64,000 nucleotides of DNA, taken from an uncultured Poribacteria bacterium. GTDB lineage: Bacteria; Poribacteria; WGA-4E; WGA-3G. Within the stretch, counting starts at the first letter, position 1. Each line of letters opens with the position of its first letter. Positions 19,898 through 30,205 of the stretch are shown one piece after another. Both the position numbers and the translations under genes were made by a program. Location: contig CATQHZ020000001.1 in NCBI GenBank assembly GCA_958296135.2, forward strand, positions 4,704,001 to 4,768,000, read 5' to 3'. The notes under the pieces are model-generated. The model worked only from the letters and a program-made list of their open reading frames with translations, made no database searches and had not been told where the DNA came from.

Positions 19898-22624
19898 TCA
19901 AACTAAAGGTTTCCGTACGGTGTTATCTCCCGTATACGGGAGATAATACCTTATGGGCGCAGTATCCGCGTTACGAATCCAGTCCGTGACAGGTTTAAGC
20001 GCATCAAGTTTCTCGCGTATATCCGCGGTTGCGGTATAGATAACGTGGTATTTGAACTGGGGAGCCGTGGTGCGCCCGGTTGCTTGCGATTTCTCCAAAC
20101 GTTCGACTGCCTTGATTTTCGCTTGGACTGTCTCGTCCGTGCGTTCGCTTTCGGCTTTTATCTCAACGATGAAGAACTCCCCCGTCTTCTTGACGATGAC
20201 AAAGTCGGGAAAGTAGCGGTGATAGTTGCCATCGGTTCCCTTGTATTCAAAATGGAAATCGGTTTTCTTGGCATCTGTCAAGCCGCCGGTAAACAGAAAG
20301 AGTGCTACGTCCGCCACGGATTCGTTGAGAGATGTCAGGATTGTCTCGAAAAAGTCGCGTTCGGGTGCGCTGTCGAAGTTGTAAGGCGTGTAATGCAAAC
20401 TGACACCGTGTTCATCCGGCAGTTCTGCTTCGCCAAACAGCAGGTGATTTTCCCGCATCCGTTCAGCGGTGCGTTTAAGCAGGCGTAACCGGTGGATGTA
20501 GTAGCCATCGGCATCCGTTTCTTGAAAGAGAGGTGTGCCTTCTTCATCGTGGGTGCGAATGAGCGCGATTACCTCGCGAACCTCCTCTTCAACCACCTTA
20601 TAACTTTGCAACTGGCGTTCCACTTGCTGAAAGAGCGGATAGAGGTGCGCATGAGGCACTTCACCTTTTGGATAGAGCAGCCTCAGCATTTTGAGCGTCT
20701 GCAGGTAAGGGAGATGGTAATTCGCCGCAATACGCCGGGCGACGGTGTAGCAGCCCGTTGTTTGAGTCACAACCGCGACTTTGGCGATTTCCGCTGTCCC
20801 AGCAAGCGGAGAAGTGCCGCCATCAGCGGTGAAACTCGGTGTCAGCAGACTCCGAAAAATCGGCGGGACATCCTCCGTTTCAGTTGGAACTGTCAACCGA
20901 ATGGAGACAGCACCTTGTCCCGTTCGGACAATGCGGCGGACCCACCGGGAGATTTCCAGTTCCGGCAATTCGGGTTTGCGAATGCGGAGCATAATCTCTT
21001 CTGTCGCAGCGGTATGCGCGCTCAGCCTGCCGAGGGTGGTGCCGAAGTTTTCCTGCAACTCCTTGTCCAAAATACGTCGGTTTTTCGTATCCAAAAAGAT
21101 TTTGGCCGGGTGCGGATTACCTGCCACTTGGCGCAGACACCGCGTGGCAGCTTGTAAGACAAAATTGCTGCTCGTCGTCTGCTCCTTAATGAGCGCGCAG
21201 GCGAACAGACTCGGACAATTCCAGCCTTCAACCCCTTTGCCGATGAGCAGGATGATGCGCTTTTGGTTGCCGGACGTGTTCAGCCGATTGAACTGAGCGA
21301 TTTCGCCGGCACTTGAGCGTTGCGTATTAACAAGGATTAAGGCAGGACTCTGCCCAATCTCCGCTAACGCTTTTTCTATCTCTATCCGCGAGGCATCCAA
21401 ATGCGCTTGCGTTTTAAAATAGAAGGCAATCTTCGCCTGTGCGCCATTGGGCAAAGTCACGTCGCCATAATGCTCAAAAAACAGACAGAGGATGTCCCGA
21501 ATCACAACGGCATCAGAACCAGCACCGATGTCGTAGTGAACGATACCCCGACGAAGACTTTTCAAAATGTTATCCTCAATGCCTTCACCGAGGCTATACC
21601 ACGCCACGACTTCACAGAGCATCTGCCGCTTATAATATGGCGTGCCTGTCGTGTTGACAACGGCAATCAGCCCGGTGTTTTCATTGATGTAATTGACAGT
21701 TTCGCGCACCCGCTTGAGCTCCGCGTCCATCCGGTTACCGTAGGTGTGGTGCGCCTCATCAGAGAAAATCCCTAAGCTCGGAAGACTCGCGATTTTTTGG
21801 AGCCGGAGGTTCGCCTCCAACGTTGCCTGTTCTTTTTTCTCTTCAAACGCGAATGCTGTCTGATTTTTATGCCGCCGGACCTTGGCCCGGAGACTAATTT
21901 TCTCGGTGTTCGTGACGATGATGTTGTAAGTGCTGCCGCGCACGACTTGCAGCTCTTTCGCGCCAGACTGCAAATAGGCTACCTTGAGGTTGGCGAGAAA
22001 ATCACGGAGCAACCCCGGCGGCAGGATGCGCTCGTAAGGTGCCTCGCTAATTTCGCGCAGACTCTCAATGATAGTCGTGCCAGGGGCGAAGACGAGGGCG
22101 TTTTTCATAAAACCGCCATCAGGGTAACGGAGCGCCATCGCAAATTCTGTGGCGATAATCGCACCAATGAGAACCGTCTTGCCCGTGCCCATTGCAAGCG
22201 CAAAAATATAACTCGGATAGGGAAGCGTCACAGCCTCGTGAACCGGATGAATACGTTTCTGATTCACGAAACCCAGGTCATTCTTCACCTTCTCAATGAC
22301 TGCATCGACGCTCTGAATCCATTGCAGTTCGTCCGGACTCATCGGGATGCCGAACGCTTCAAAGAAATCGCGATTATCGTCGCTGTAGTAGTGTTTATAG
22401 AGTGCCACGATGTGCGGCGTTTTCCGCACGAGGCGCAGATACCAATAGAGCTCTAACGCTTGGAATTGCGGTTGGCGGAGGTATTTGAGGGCCCCCTTCG
22501 CTTGCGGTTCTTCCACAAACTGCCAGCGCAGCACCTCGCCGATAAGTGGGAAGTCTTCGCAGGGATAGCCTTCTTCCTGCCATTTTTGCGCGTCATCGCG
22601 GAGTTTTTCAAAAAGGGATTTCAT
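19898..22624 (-). CDS. res: Type III restriction enzyme Res subunit (SF2 helicase plus PD-(D/E)xK nuclease)
   Basis: ALAMGTGKT, DEAHH, TGT, EGWNCP, QAATRCLR; C-terminal YFPDFVI...IVEIK. Confidence 0.9.
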   Translation of the reverse strand: MKSLFEKLRDDAQKWQEEGYPCEDFPLIGEVLRWQFVEEPQAKGALKYLRQPQFQALELYWYLRLVRKTPHIVALYKHYYSDDNRDFFEAFGIPMSPDELQWIQSVDAVIEKVKNDLGFVNQKRIHPVHEAVTLPYPSYIFALAMGTGKTVLIGAIIATEFAMALRYPDGGFMKNALVFAPGTTIIESLREISEAPYERILPPGLLRDFLANLKVAYLQSGAKELQVVRGSTYNIIVTNTEKISLRAKVRRHKNQTAFAFEEKKEQATLEANLRLQKIASLPSLGIFSDEAHHTYGNRMDAELKRVRETVNYINENTGLIAVVNTTGTPYYKRQMLCEVVAWYSLGEGIEDNILKSLRRGIVHYDIGAGSDAVVIRDILCLFFEHYGDVTLPNGAQAKIAFYFKTQAHLDASRIEIEKALAEIGQSPALILVNTQRSSAGEIAQFNRLNTSGNQKRIILLIGKGVEGWNCPSLFACALIKEQTTSSNFVLQAATRCLRQVAGNPHPAKIFLDTKNRRILDKELQENFGTTLGRLSAHTAATEEIMLRIRKPELPELEISRWVRRIVRTGQGAVSIRLTVPTETEDVPPIFRSLLTPSFTADGGTSPLAGTAEIAKVAVVTQTTGCYTVARRIAANYHLPYLQTLKMLRLLYPKGEVPHAHLYPLFQQVERQLQSYKVVEEEVREVIALIRTHDEEGTPLFQETDADGYYIHRLRLLKRTAERMRENHLLFGEAELPDEHGVSLHYTPYNFDSAPERDFFETILTSLNESVADVALFLFTGGLTDAKKTDFHFEYKGTDGNYHRYFPDFVIVKKTGEFFIVEIKAESERTDETVQAKIKAVERLEKSQATGRTTAPQFKYHVIYTATADIREKLDALKPVTDWIRNADTAPIRYYLPYTGDNTVRKPLV

Positions 22625-22757
22625 TTTATCTCCTCAGCAGCGTTTCTTATTATCATAAACGCATTTGCTTAAAAATGCAACCTAAAATGAGTTTTTATAG
22701 TATAATAGCCTTGGGAAACTTAAGCAAACTATTTTTCGCGGCGAGGAAGCACAACAC

Positions 22758-23645
22758 ATGCGTGAAACAGAAATTCTCAAAAAAATTCGGCGCATTGACA
22801 TCTTCACGAACCGGCTCGTGAACACCGTGTTTGCAGGCGAATACCACAGCGTCTTCAAAGGACAAGGGATTACCTTTGACGAAGTGCGCGAATATCAGGC
22901 AGGTGACGAGATTCGCACCATCGATTGGAACGTCACGGCGCGCATGGGACAGGCATACATTAAAAAGTATGTCGAAGAACGCGAACGGGTGATGATGCTG
23001 GTTGTCGATATGAGTGCCTCAACGGCGTTCGGCAGTGTCGCCAAGACGAAGGCGGAGATTGCCGCGGAACTCGCCGCGCTACTCGCTTTTTCCGCCATCA
23101 AAAATAACGACAAGGTAGGGCTCATCTGCTTCACCGATTCGGTGGCGCATTACGTCGCGCCGCAGAAGGGGAAGAGACATGTCCTGCGCGTTGTGCGCGA
23201 TATCCTCCATTGGAACGAGCGCGACACGGCAGGAAAACAGACAGACATCGCGGCGGCGTTAGCGTTTACGGCGCGGGTGCTCAAACCGCACGGCGTGGTG
23301 TTTCTCATCTCGGATTTTCAGGACACAGGATACGAAAAGCAGCTGCGCCTACTCGGTAAGCGGCACTCACTCATCACGATGACACTCCAAGACAGGCGCG
23401 AGGCAGAACTGCCAAACGTCGGCCTGATAGAACTGCAGGATGCCGAGACAGGAGAGAGTGTCATCGTGGACACCCGTTCTGCGCAGGCGCGGCAATTGTA
23501 TGCAAAATTGAATCTGCGCGCCGAGGCGGAACGCCAGCACGCCTTTCGGGCCAGTCAAGTCGATAACATTGACATCCGCACGGATGAACCGTACGTCAAA
23601 CCGCTGCTCCGATTTTTCCATCAGCGGGGCGCGAGGCACCGGTAG
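22758..23645 (+). CDS. DUF58 domain protein (MoxR-associated, vWA-like)
   Basis: GEYHSVFKGQG..F.EVREYQAGD.IR.IDWNVTAR, VDMSAS, FLISDF. Confidence 0.92.
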   Translation: MRETEILKKIRRIDIFTNRLVNTVFAGEYHSVFKGQGITFDEVREYQAGDEIRTIDWNVTARMGQAYIKKYVEERERVMMLVVDMSASTAFGSVAKTKAEIAAELAALLAFSAIKNNDKVGLICFTDSVAHYVAPQKGKRHVLRVVRDILHWNERDTAGKQTDIAAALAFTARVLKPHGVVFLISDFQDTGYEKQLRLLGKRHSLITMTLQDRREAELPNVGLIELQDAETGESVIVDTRSAQARQLYAKLNLRAEAERQHAFRASQVDNIDIRTDEPYVKPLLRFFHQRGARHR

Positions 23646-23697
23646 GCGCGGTTGGTAAGGCCGGCTGTCGTTAAATATCGACTCTCCTGATGAAATT

Positions 23698-24468
23698 ATG
23701 CATAAACTTGAGCTAAAAAACCTCACGCAGAGTTTCGCACAAAACGGCACACAGCTGCCGGTATTGAATCGCATCAATTTTTCTGTTGCACCCGGAGAGT
23801 TTGTCGCCCTCCTAGGTCCATCCGGCTGTGGCAAAAGCACCCTATTTAATATCATCACCGGGTTGCTAGAACCGGACACCGGCGAGGTGTATCTCAACGG
23901 AAATCGCATCCGTGGTAACACCGGTATGTTCGCCTACATGCAACAGAAAGCCCTGCTTTTGCCGTGGCGCACCGTCCTGAAAAACGTGCTTATCGGCCCA
24001 GAAATCCAAAAGGAACCGCTTAACACCGCAAAAGCGGAAGCAGAACAACTCCTCGCACAAATCGGATTGAGTGGGTTTGAAAAGAGTTATCCGACGCAAC
24101 TTTCGGGTGGGATGCAGCAGCGGGTAGCATTGGTGCGGACGCTCCTGTTTCGGAAGGAGATGCTGCTGTTAGACGAACCCTTCGGCGCGCTGGACGCAAT
24201 GACGCGCACCCACATGCAACCCATACTACTCGATTTATGGCGCGATGCAGGCCAGACTATCCTGCTGATAACGCATGATATTGAGGAAGCCCTGCTGCTC
24301 GCGGACAAAATCTATGTCTTAACGGCACGCCCAGCAACGCTCAAAACAGAAATTGCTGTCCCGCTCCCGCGCCCCCGAAACGTCACCGATGCCGCCCTCA
24401 TTGAACTGAAAAGGACGCTGTTGGAGGCGTTACAATTAGAAATGGCACAGGTTTTTAACGAGGTTTAG
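23698..24468 (+). CDS. ABC transporter ATP-binding protein (NitT/TauT type)
   Basis: GPSGCGKST, LSGGMQQR, LLDEPFGALD, ITHDIEEA. Confidence 0.93.
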   Translation: MHKLELKNLTQSFAQNGTQLPVLNRINFSVAPGEFVALLGPSGCGKSTLFNIITGLLEPDTGEVYLNGNRIRGNTGMFAYMQQKALLLPWRTVLKNVLIGPEIQKEPLNTAKAEAEQLLAQIGLSGFEKSYPTQLSGGMQQRVALVRTLLFRKEMLLLDEPFGALDAMTRTHMQPILLDLWRDAGQTILLITHDIEEALLLADKIYVLTARPATLKTEIAVPLPRPRNVTDAALIELKRTLLEALQLEMAQVFNEV

Positions 24469-24486
24469 TCAGGATAAAAAAGTTCC

Positions 24487-24515
24487 TTGACAAACGTAGT
24501 TGACTGTGGTATCCT
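24487..24515 (+). promoter_or_regulatory. sigma70-type promoter for msrP operon
   Basis: TTGACA-17bp-TATCCT. Confidence 0.6.
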
Positions 24516-24604
24516 ATTAACAGAGGTGCGCGCCGCTGTCGCGCTCTTCGTAAACCCAGGTTCGTATCTCTACGCGCGAAGCCAGACAAAAAGAGGAAAT
24601 TGCA

Positions 24605-25573
24605 ATGCCGTACATCAAAATTCCCAAGGGATGGGACATCCCAGAAAACCAAGTGACACCCGAATCGGACTATATGAACCGCCGAACGTTCATTAAGGAA
24701 CTCGGTATCGCCGGGGTAGGCGCGTTATCGCTATCGCAGTGGAGTCCCGACGCGTTCGCACGCCCGAAAGACGTTGAGGGGCACCTAGCTGCTTTTCGTG
24801 CCAAGCCGCTTGCCGCCGAACACAACTCGCAATTCACGGTGGAACGGCCGATGACGGCCGAAGTCGTTGCCGCTACCTACAACAACTTTTACGAATTCAG
24901 CAGCGGCAAGCACGAGCTTTGGAAACTGATGGAGGACTTTCAGACGCACCCGTGGCAGCTTGAAATCGGCGGGCTCGTCAACAACCCCATGACGTTAGAT
25001 GTGGACGACTTGCTCAAACACATGCCGCTTGAAGAACGTATCTACCGGTTCCGTTGCGTTGAAACTTGGGCGATGGTGGTGCCGTGGATAGGGTTTCCCC
25101 TGAAAGCGTTGCTTGAGAAAGTGCAACCGACTTCCGATGCCAAATATGTCAAGATGCTCACATTTTGGGAGCCGGATGTAGCGCAGCAGCAACAGAATCC
25201 ACGTCTTCCGTGGCCCTATGTTGAAGGGTTAACACTCGCGGAAGCGATGAACGAACTAACGCTGCTTACCGTCGGCATCTATGGACATATTTTACCGCCG
25301 CAGCATGGCGCGCCCATCCGGCTGGTAGTCCCGTGGAAATACGGGTTTAAGAGCATCAAGTCGATTGTGCGGATTGCGTTAACGGATAAACAGCCGCGAA
25401 CCTTCTGGAATACGTTATCGCCGCGGGAATACGGGTTTGAGTCCAACGTCAACCCGAATGTCCCACATCCCCGCTGGGCGCAGGCGACAGAGTCGATGAT
25501 AGGCACCCGGAAGAGGTACCCGACGCAGATTTACAACGGCTACGGCGAGGCTGTCGCGCATCTCTACGAGTAA
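24605..25573 (+). CDS. msrP: protein-methionine-sulfoxide reductase catalytic subunit
   Basis: Tat motif NRRTFIK, YNNFYEF, YRFRCVETW, GAPIRLVVPWKYGFKSIK, VPHPRW. Confidence 0.95.
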   Translation: MPYIKIPKGWDIPENQVTPESDYMNRRTFIKELGIAGVGALSLSQWSPDAFARPKDVEGHLAAFRAKPLAAEHNSQFTVERPMTAEVVAATYNNFYEFSSGKHELWKLMEDFQTHPWQLEIGGLVNNPMTLDVDDLLKHMPLEERIYRFRCVETWAMVVPWIGFPLKALLEKVQPTSDAKYVKMLTFWEPDVAQQQQNPRLPWPYVEGLTLAEAMNELTLLTVGIYGHILPPQHGAPIRLVVPWKYGFKSIKSIVRIALTDKQPRTFWNTLSPREYGFESNVNPNVPHPRWAQATESMIGTRKRYPTQIYNGYGEAVAHLYE

Positions 25574-25601
25574 GCCTCGGAGCCGCCTCGGTGGAATAGG
25601 T

Positions 25602-26522
25602 ATGTCAATCCAACTCAAAATCCTCGTTCTCATTTTATGGATGATGTGTCCTATGATGGCATCCGCCGGTTGGGAAGTGGCAGAAAGTCCGCATTTTCGC
25701 GTCTATTTCAGAGCCGGGACCGTGGTGCCGGAACCGATAGTTGAAGGTGCCGAAGATTTCTACGCGGAGATGCACCGACTCACGCGGGGCATGCCGCATG
25801 CAAAAATCGACATCCGGATCTGCAATACTCAGGCTGATTTTCAGGCTGCCGTCCATGCGCCAATTCAGGATTGGGCAGTTGGGTGCGCTTTCCCGAAGCA
25901 AAGGCGCGTTTTTATCCAAAATCCGACGCATCTCGCCTTCGCGAAACTTCAGTTAGTGCAAGTGCTACGGCATGAAATCGCGCACGTCCTCTTTTGGCAG
26001 TATACGCAGGCAGCCGCAGCAGACATGCCGCTATGGTTCGTGGAAGGCATTGCTATTTACTTCGCAAAGGAGTGGGTGCGGCGCCGCCACGAAACCTTAT
26101 TGCAGCACGTTCTCTCAAACGCTATCATGCCGCTGCCGACGCTGGCGCGTGAGTTTCCCGCTGCACAAAGCGATGCAGATTTGGCGTATGCCGAAAGTCA
26201 AGACGCGCTTCACTGGCTCGTGGAAGTCAAAGGGCATGAAACGCTGTGGGCCCTGGTCGAACGCCTTCACGCGGGATACCCTTTCAACACCGCTTTTGAA
26301 ACCACCGTCGGCTGGGATGTCGCCACCTTCGATGCGCTTTGGCGGGCATCGCTGTCAGAACGTTACCATTGGGCGGCACTCCTTTCCAATTCCTACCTCT
26401 TCTGGGGTGGGATTGGCGGATTAGCACTGCTCGGCTACTTCGTCTGTTGGAAGCGCAGACGGCAACACCTGAATCGACTCGCACAACAGGAAGAAAGTGT
26501 CGATGCTTTTTTTCAAGGGTAG
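25602..26522 (+). CDS. peptidase MA-like zinc metallohydrolase, signal peptide and C-terminal TM anchor
   Basis: LRHEIAH (HExxH), PLWFVEGIA, LAYAES. Confidence 0.82.
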   Translation: MSIQLKILVLILWMMCPMMASAGWEVAESPHFRVYFRAGTVVPEPIVEGAEDFYAEMHRLTRGMPHAKIDIRICNTQADFQAAVHAPIQDWAVGCAFPKQRRVFIQNPTHLAFAKLQLVQVLRHEIAHVLFWQYTQAAAADMPLWFVEGIAIYFAKEWVRRRHETLLQHVLSNAIMPLPTLAREFPAAQSDADLAYAESQDALHWLVEVKGHETLWALVERLHAGYPFNTAFETTVGWDVATFDALWRASLSERYHWAALLSNSYLFWGGIGGLALLGYFVCWKRRRQHLNRLAQQEESVDAFFQG

Positions 26523-26529
26523 AAACATC

Positions 26530-27531
26530 ATGAACGGCTATCTCATGCTCGTGTCCCTTTGGCTCGCCAGCTTCTGCGCAGTGGCGGCGGCACAGCCCAA
26601 GCACCTCGCGCAGTATCCGAATCAACTCACGCGCGATGGGCACATCGTCGTTTTGCCAGACCGGGGCACGCTCTACATCGTCTCGGATTTGCACGCGCAC
26701 TGGGACGATTTCAACGCATGGCTGAGGCAAACGCAACTCATTGAGCGGATTGAAGCAGGCGAAGATGTGTATGGACTCATCCTCGGCGACGCGGTGGACT
26801 ATAAACCCGATGAACCGCGGCATCCACCTTACGGCGACACCCTCATCGTTAACCGCGTGATGGCGCTTCGGCAGCACCTTGGTGAGCGCGGCAACCGGTT
26901 TCTCTATCTCCGAGGAAACCACGAATTCGCGGCGGCGGATGCATACGCGATGCTGAAAAAGCACGGCATGACAGCGCAAAATCGCCGACGCTACATTCGC
27001 GAGTTATACAACAGCCCATTGGGTACCTATTATCAGCAATTCAATTTCATTGAGAGAATGACAGACGAACACTACGCGTTCCTGATGAGTCTGCCAACGC
27101 TCGCCATTGGGAAAAACGGATGTGTTGGGGTGCACGCGGGCCCAGCGCGTTCCCTCACAAGACTGGCAGAACTGGTTGACCCGGGGCCGAAAACCCTCGA
27201 GGAACTGCTCTGGCATCGTCCGAATATCGCGCTCAGTGGCGGCTATACCGTGGCGCATACCGACAATTTTTTGAAAGCCATCCATGCAAATTTGCTCATC
27301 GTCGGGCACACGCCAATCCATTATTTCCCAATGCAAAATGTGAGAGATGGCGTGGCAACGTTCGGCGAAAACCAACTCATTTTCTCGACAGGCTACAGTG
27401 GACTGCCGGGCGTGCCAACCTACATTGAAATCGATTTGGCGGAAACATATTCGTCTGTGCATGCCCTCAAATTAGGAGTGAACATCCACCCTCTCTATCC
27501 GGAGAGACACCGCGCCCAGGAGGCGCGCTAG
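26530..27531 (+). CDS. secreted metallophosphoesterase
   Basis: SDLHA, LGDAVD, RGNHE, VHAG, VGHT motifs. Confidence 0.88.
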   Translation: MNGYLMLVSLWLASFCAVAAAQPKHLAQYPNQLTRDGHIVVLPDRGTLYIVSDLHAHWDDFNAWLRQTQLIERIEAGEDVYGLILGDAVDYKPDEPRHPPYGDTLIVNRVMALRQHLGERGNRFLYLRGNHEFAAADAYAMLKKHGMTAQNRRRYIRELYNSPLGTYYQQFNFIERMTDEHYAFLMSLPTLAIGKNGCVGVHAGPARSLTRLAELVDPGPKTLEELLWHRPNIALSGGYTVAHTDNFLKAIHANLLIVGHTPIHYFPMQNVRDGVATFGENQLIFSTGYSGLPGVPTYIEIDLAETYSSVHALKLGVNIHPLYPERHRAQEAR

Positions 27532-28401
27532 ATGCGGGCACTGATTTATATTATGACACCGGTAATAATTCTTACGGTTTTGCTCGCATCCCGTTTTGTG
27601 ACATGGGACGCAGTGAAAGGCGAGAACCGCGAGGCACTCGCGCACGTGCAAGAGGGCACGCAGTTTCTCCGGACGTGGCACCTTCCGCAGGCGATAGCGG
27701 CGTTCACACAGGCGATTGAGAGTGACACACGGTATGCTGAGGCTTATGTGAAACGTGGGCTCGCCTATCATCGTTCTGCACAGTATGAAGCAGCCATCGC
27801 GGATTACACTCGAACGTTAACCCTCAATCGGTATCACGCCGATGCCTATGCCAGCCGTGGGGATACCTATCGTATGTTAGGCGACGCGCAACGCGCCATC
27901 GCCGACTATACCGCCTCGCTGGCAAAGCGATGGGACGCAGCGGTGATGCTGAAGCGGGGGACGCTCTACCAGGAATCCCATAACCCCTCAGCGGCCTTCG
28001 CCGACTACGATGCGATAATTCGGCGGCGGCCCAGGCCGCAGGCTTACTACATCCGCGGCAACGCTTATCTCAACGCGGGCAAGCTGAAACTCGCCTTGGC
28101 TGACATGAATCACGCCATCGCGATGGAACCTCGTTTTGCCTACGCGTACATTCGCCGCGCGCGCATTCACGCGCGAAGGGGACAGCAGGCATTGGAGAAA
28201 TCGGATTATACCGAAGCCATCAAACTGTTCAGCGAGGCAATTCAGAGTTGGCGAGGTGACGCACGCGCGCTCATCCCAGTTTACTATTGGCGCGCCTTCA
28301 CTTATCAGAAATTGGACGAAATTGACAAAGCCCAAGACGATGTCGAGACAGCGAATAAACAGATTTTTATTTTTTTTCTTGAAAAATTGAAAAATTTGTG
28401 A
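27532..28401 (+). CDS. tetratricopeptide repeat protein
   Basis: Repeated AYxxRGxxY...AIADY motifs and an N-terminal TM segment. Confidence 0.9.
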   Translation: MRALIYIMTPVIILTVLLASRFVTWDAVKGENREALAHVQEGTQFLRTWHLPQAIAAFTQAIESDTRYAEAYVKRGLAYHRSAQYEAAIADYTRTLTLNRYHADAYASRGDTYRMLGDAQRAIADYTASLAKRWDAAVMLKRGTLYQESHNPSAAFADYDAIIRRRPRPQAYYIRGNAYLNAGKLKLALADMNHAIAMEPRFAYAYIRRARIHARRGQQALEKSDYTEAIKLFSEAIQSWRGDARALIPVYYWRAFTYQKLDEIDKAQDDVETANKQIFIFFLEKLKNL

Positions 28402-28447
28402 TATACTATTCAGTGTCTGGTTAACATTTCACCTTCGTGATGTCAAA

Positions 28448-28636
28448 ATGGAAACCGATGAGCACTCGGAGGGAGAATCAGTGAGGGAAAATCAACCCGA
28501 TAACGGCGAGAAAAAAACGCCGCTTGACGAATTTGAACCCGATGACGAATACGAGGACGACGAGAGATACGTCGCTTTTCCGGGCGGCATCCCGCAGAAA
28601 TGGTTCAACACAGCGTATTATGTCTTTCTGGCCTCG
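28448..28636 (+). pseudogene. 5' fragment of a membrane protein interrupted by the tnpB element
   Basis: Acidic N-terminus runs into a hydrophobic YYVFL segment, after which the ORF reads into IS-end sequence. Upstream promoter TTGAAA-17-TATACT at 28379-28407. Confidence 0.6.
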
Positions 28637-30188
28637 GTGCAGTGGCGAGAACTCTATGAGAATCTAGCAGAACCTACCCTAATCTATCTCCGATTTTTGC
28701 GCAGTGTCATTCGCAAAGCCGAATGACACATCTTCGGCATGCTTGGCTTTCGCAAGCATGCCTACGCAAAAATCGGCAGATGTGCATTTTGACTTGCAGT
28801 CGGCTTGGATTTGTGGTAGCATGTAGTTACCGTTGGGAGGTGAGACCTACTAAGCGCGGCTGCCCGCCGTGTCTCTCACCTCCACCTTACCTGAGTAGGA
28901 AGGAAAAACAACGGCGAACGGTGACGCCTATGACATTGAAAACGCATTTAATGGCGTTGGACCCGAATAATAAGCAGGCGACGCTGCTTGCAAAGCACTG
29001 CGGCTATGCCCGCGTGGCACGTAACCATGCGCTCTCGGAATTCAAGGCGGCACTCGACCGCGATGAATTCCTATCCGATAGGGACTTGCGCAAACGGTTC
29101 AACGCCGTGAAAGACGAACTTTACCCGTGGTGTCGTGAGCTCAGTCAAAATGCATCAAAGAATGGGATTTGCACTCTCGGTGATGCAGTGAAACGCTGGG
29201 TCTCTAAACAGAACCGCTTCCCGCGCTATAAGCACCGATCTGGTAGGAGTTCCTACCAAGCTGACAATGGCGCAGGCACGGTAAAGGTGGAGAAAAAGCG
29301 TGTCAACCTCCCGAAGATTGGCTGGGTTCGCCTGCGCGAGAAGTTACGGTGGCGTGGCGAGATTCGGCGGTGTGTCGTCTCCAAACGTGCGGGCAGGTGG
29401 TTTCTATCGGTTCTCGTGAAGGTGGTTTCCGACAGTGCGCCACGGGTGCGTTCTGAGGCGGCTCCTATGCGGGTAGTTGGTGTTGATGTAGGTATCAAAA
29501 CCCTAGCCGTGACATCCGAGGGTGTTGAGTTTGAAAACCCAAAGGCACTTTACCGATACCTGCGGAAGTTGCGGCGTGCGCAGCGTCAGCTCTCTCGTTC
29601 GGTTTATCGAAGCAGAAACTGGTATCGGAAGCAGTTCCGCGTGCAGAAGATTCACTATCGTATCTGCTGTCTGCGTGAGGATGCCCATCACAAGGTAAGC
29701 ACGGCGATTGTAAAGTCGGCTGACGTTCTCGGTATCGAGAGTCTTCGCGTGGCAGGCTTGTTGAAAAACCGCCGTCTTGCAAAGGCGTTGAGCGATGCGT
29801 CATTAAGTGGTTTCCTGACGATGCTTCGGTATAAAGCAGCGGCACACGGCGTTGAGATTATCGAGGCACCGTCGAACTTCCCATCGTCGAAGACGTGCAG
29901 TGCTTGCGGGAATAAGAAGACGAAGTTGCCCCTCTCGGAGCGGACATATCACTGCGAGGCATGTGGCGTGGGTATTGACCGCGACTTGAATGCCGCGCAT
30001 AATTTAAGAACCCTGTCCGCTAGCTTGACGGAGAGGTAAAACGGCTGCGGAGCGACTATAAGCCCTCATAGTAGGCACACCTCGTGTGTCTCGGAGGCAC
30101 GCCGCATTGAAACAGCAACTACGACAGATCAGAGGACAGGTCAGCTTAGGATAGATTTGTCCAGATTATCATAAGTTCTAGGGAGCGG
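28631..30188 (+). mobile_element. non-autonomous tnpB-only IS607/IS605-family element (boundaries approximate)
   Basis: tnpB with no tnpA. Imperfect inverted subterminal similarity (left agaactctatgagaatct..ccctaatct versus reverse complement of the right end agaacttatgataatct..cctaagct). Right end ...agttctagggagcGG. Confidence 0.72.
28930..30039 (+). CDS. tnpB: RNA-guided endonuclease TnpB
   Basis: N-terminal HTH (LAKHCGYARVARN), RuvC-I GVDVGIK, RuvC-II IESL, Zn finger CSACG...CEACG, RuvC-III DRDLNAA. Confidence 0.95.
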   Translation: MTLKTHLMALDPNNKQATLLAKHCGYARVARNHALSEFKAALDRDEFLSDRDLRKRFNAVKDELYPWCRELSQNASKNGICTLGDAVKRWVSKQNRFPRYKHRSGRSSYQADNGAGTVKVEKKRVNLPKIGWVRLREKLRWRGEIRRCVVSKRAGRWFLSVLVKVVSDSAPRVRSEAAPMRVVGVDVGIKTLAVTSEGVEFENPKALYRYLRKLRRAQRQLSRSVYRSRNWYRKQFRVQKIHYRICCLREDAHHKVSTAIVKSADVLGIESLRVAGLLKNRRLAKALSDASLSGFLTMLRYKAAAHGVEIIEAPSNFPSSKTCSACGNKKTKLPLSERTYHCEACGVGIDRDLNAAHNLRTLSASLTER

Positions 30189-30205
30189 CGTTTATCTTAT
30201 CTACA
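30010..30205 (+). ncRNA. putative omegaRNA (reRNA) scaffold plus guide
   Basis: Inferred from position: overlaps the tnpB 3' end and runs to the element right end. Contains a hairpin (aggcacac..gtgtgtct). Boundaries are not resolvable by eye. Confidence 0.5.

Noticed and set aside
28632-28930. Group I intron (IStron) at the element left end
   Set aside because: Only about 300 bp, largely accounted for by end repeats, a promoter and one hairpin. I could not find P7 or other core motifs; an Infernal search would be needed to exclude it fully.
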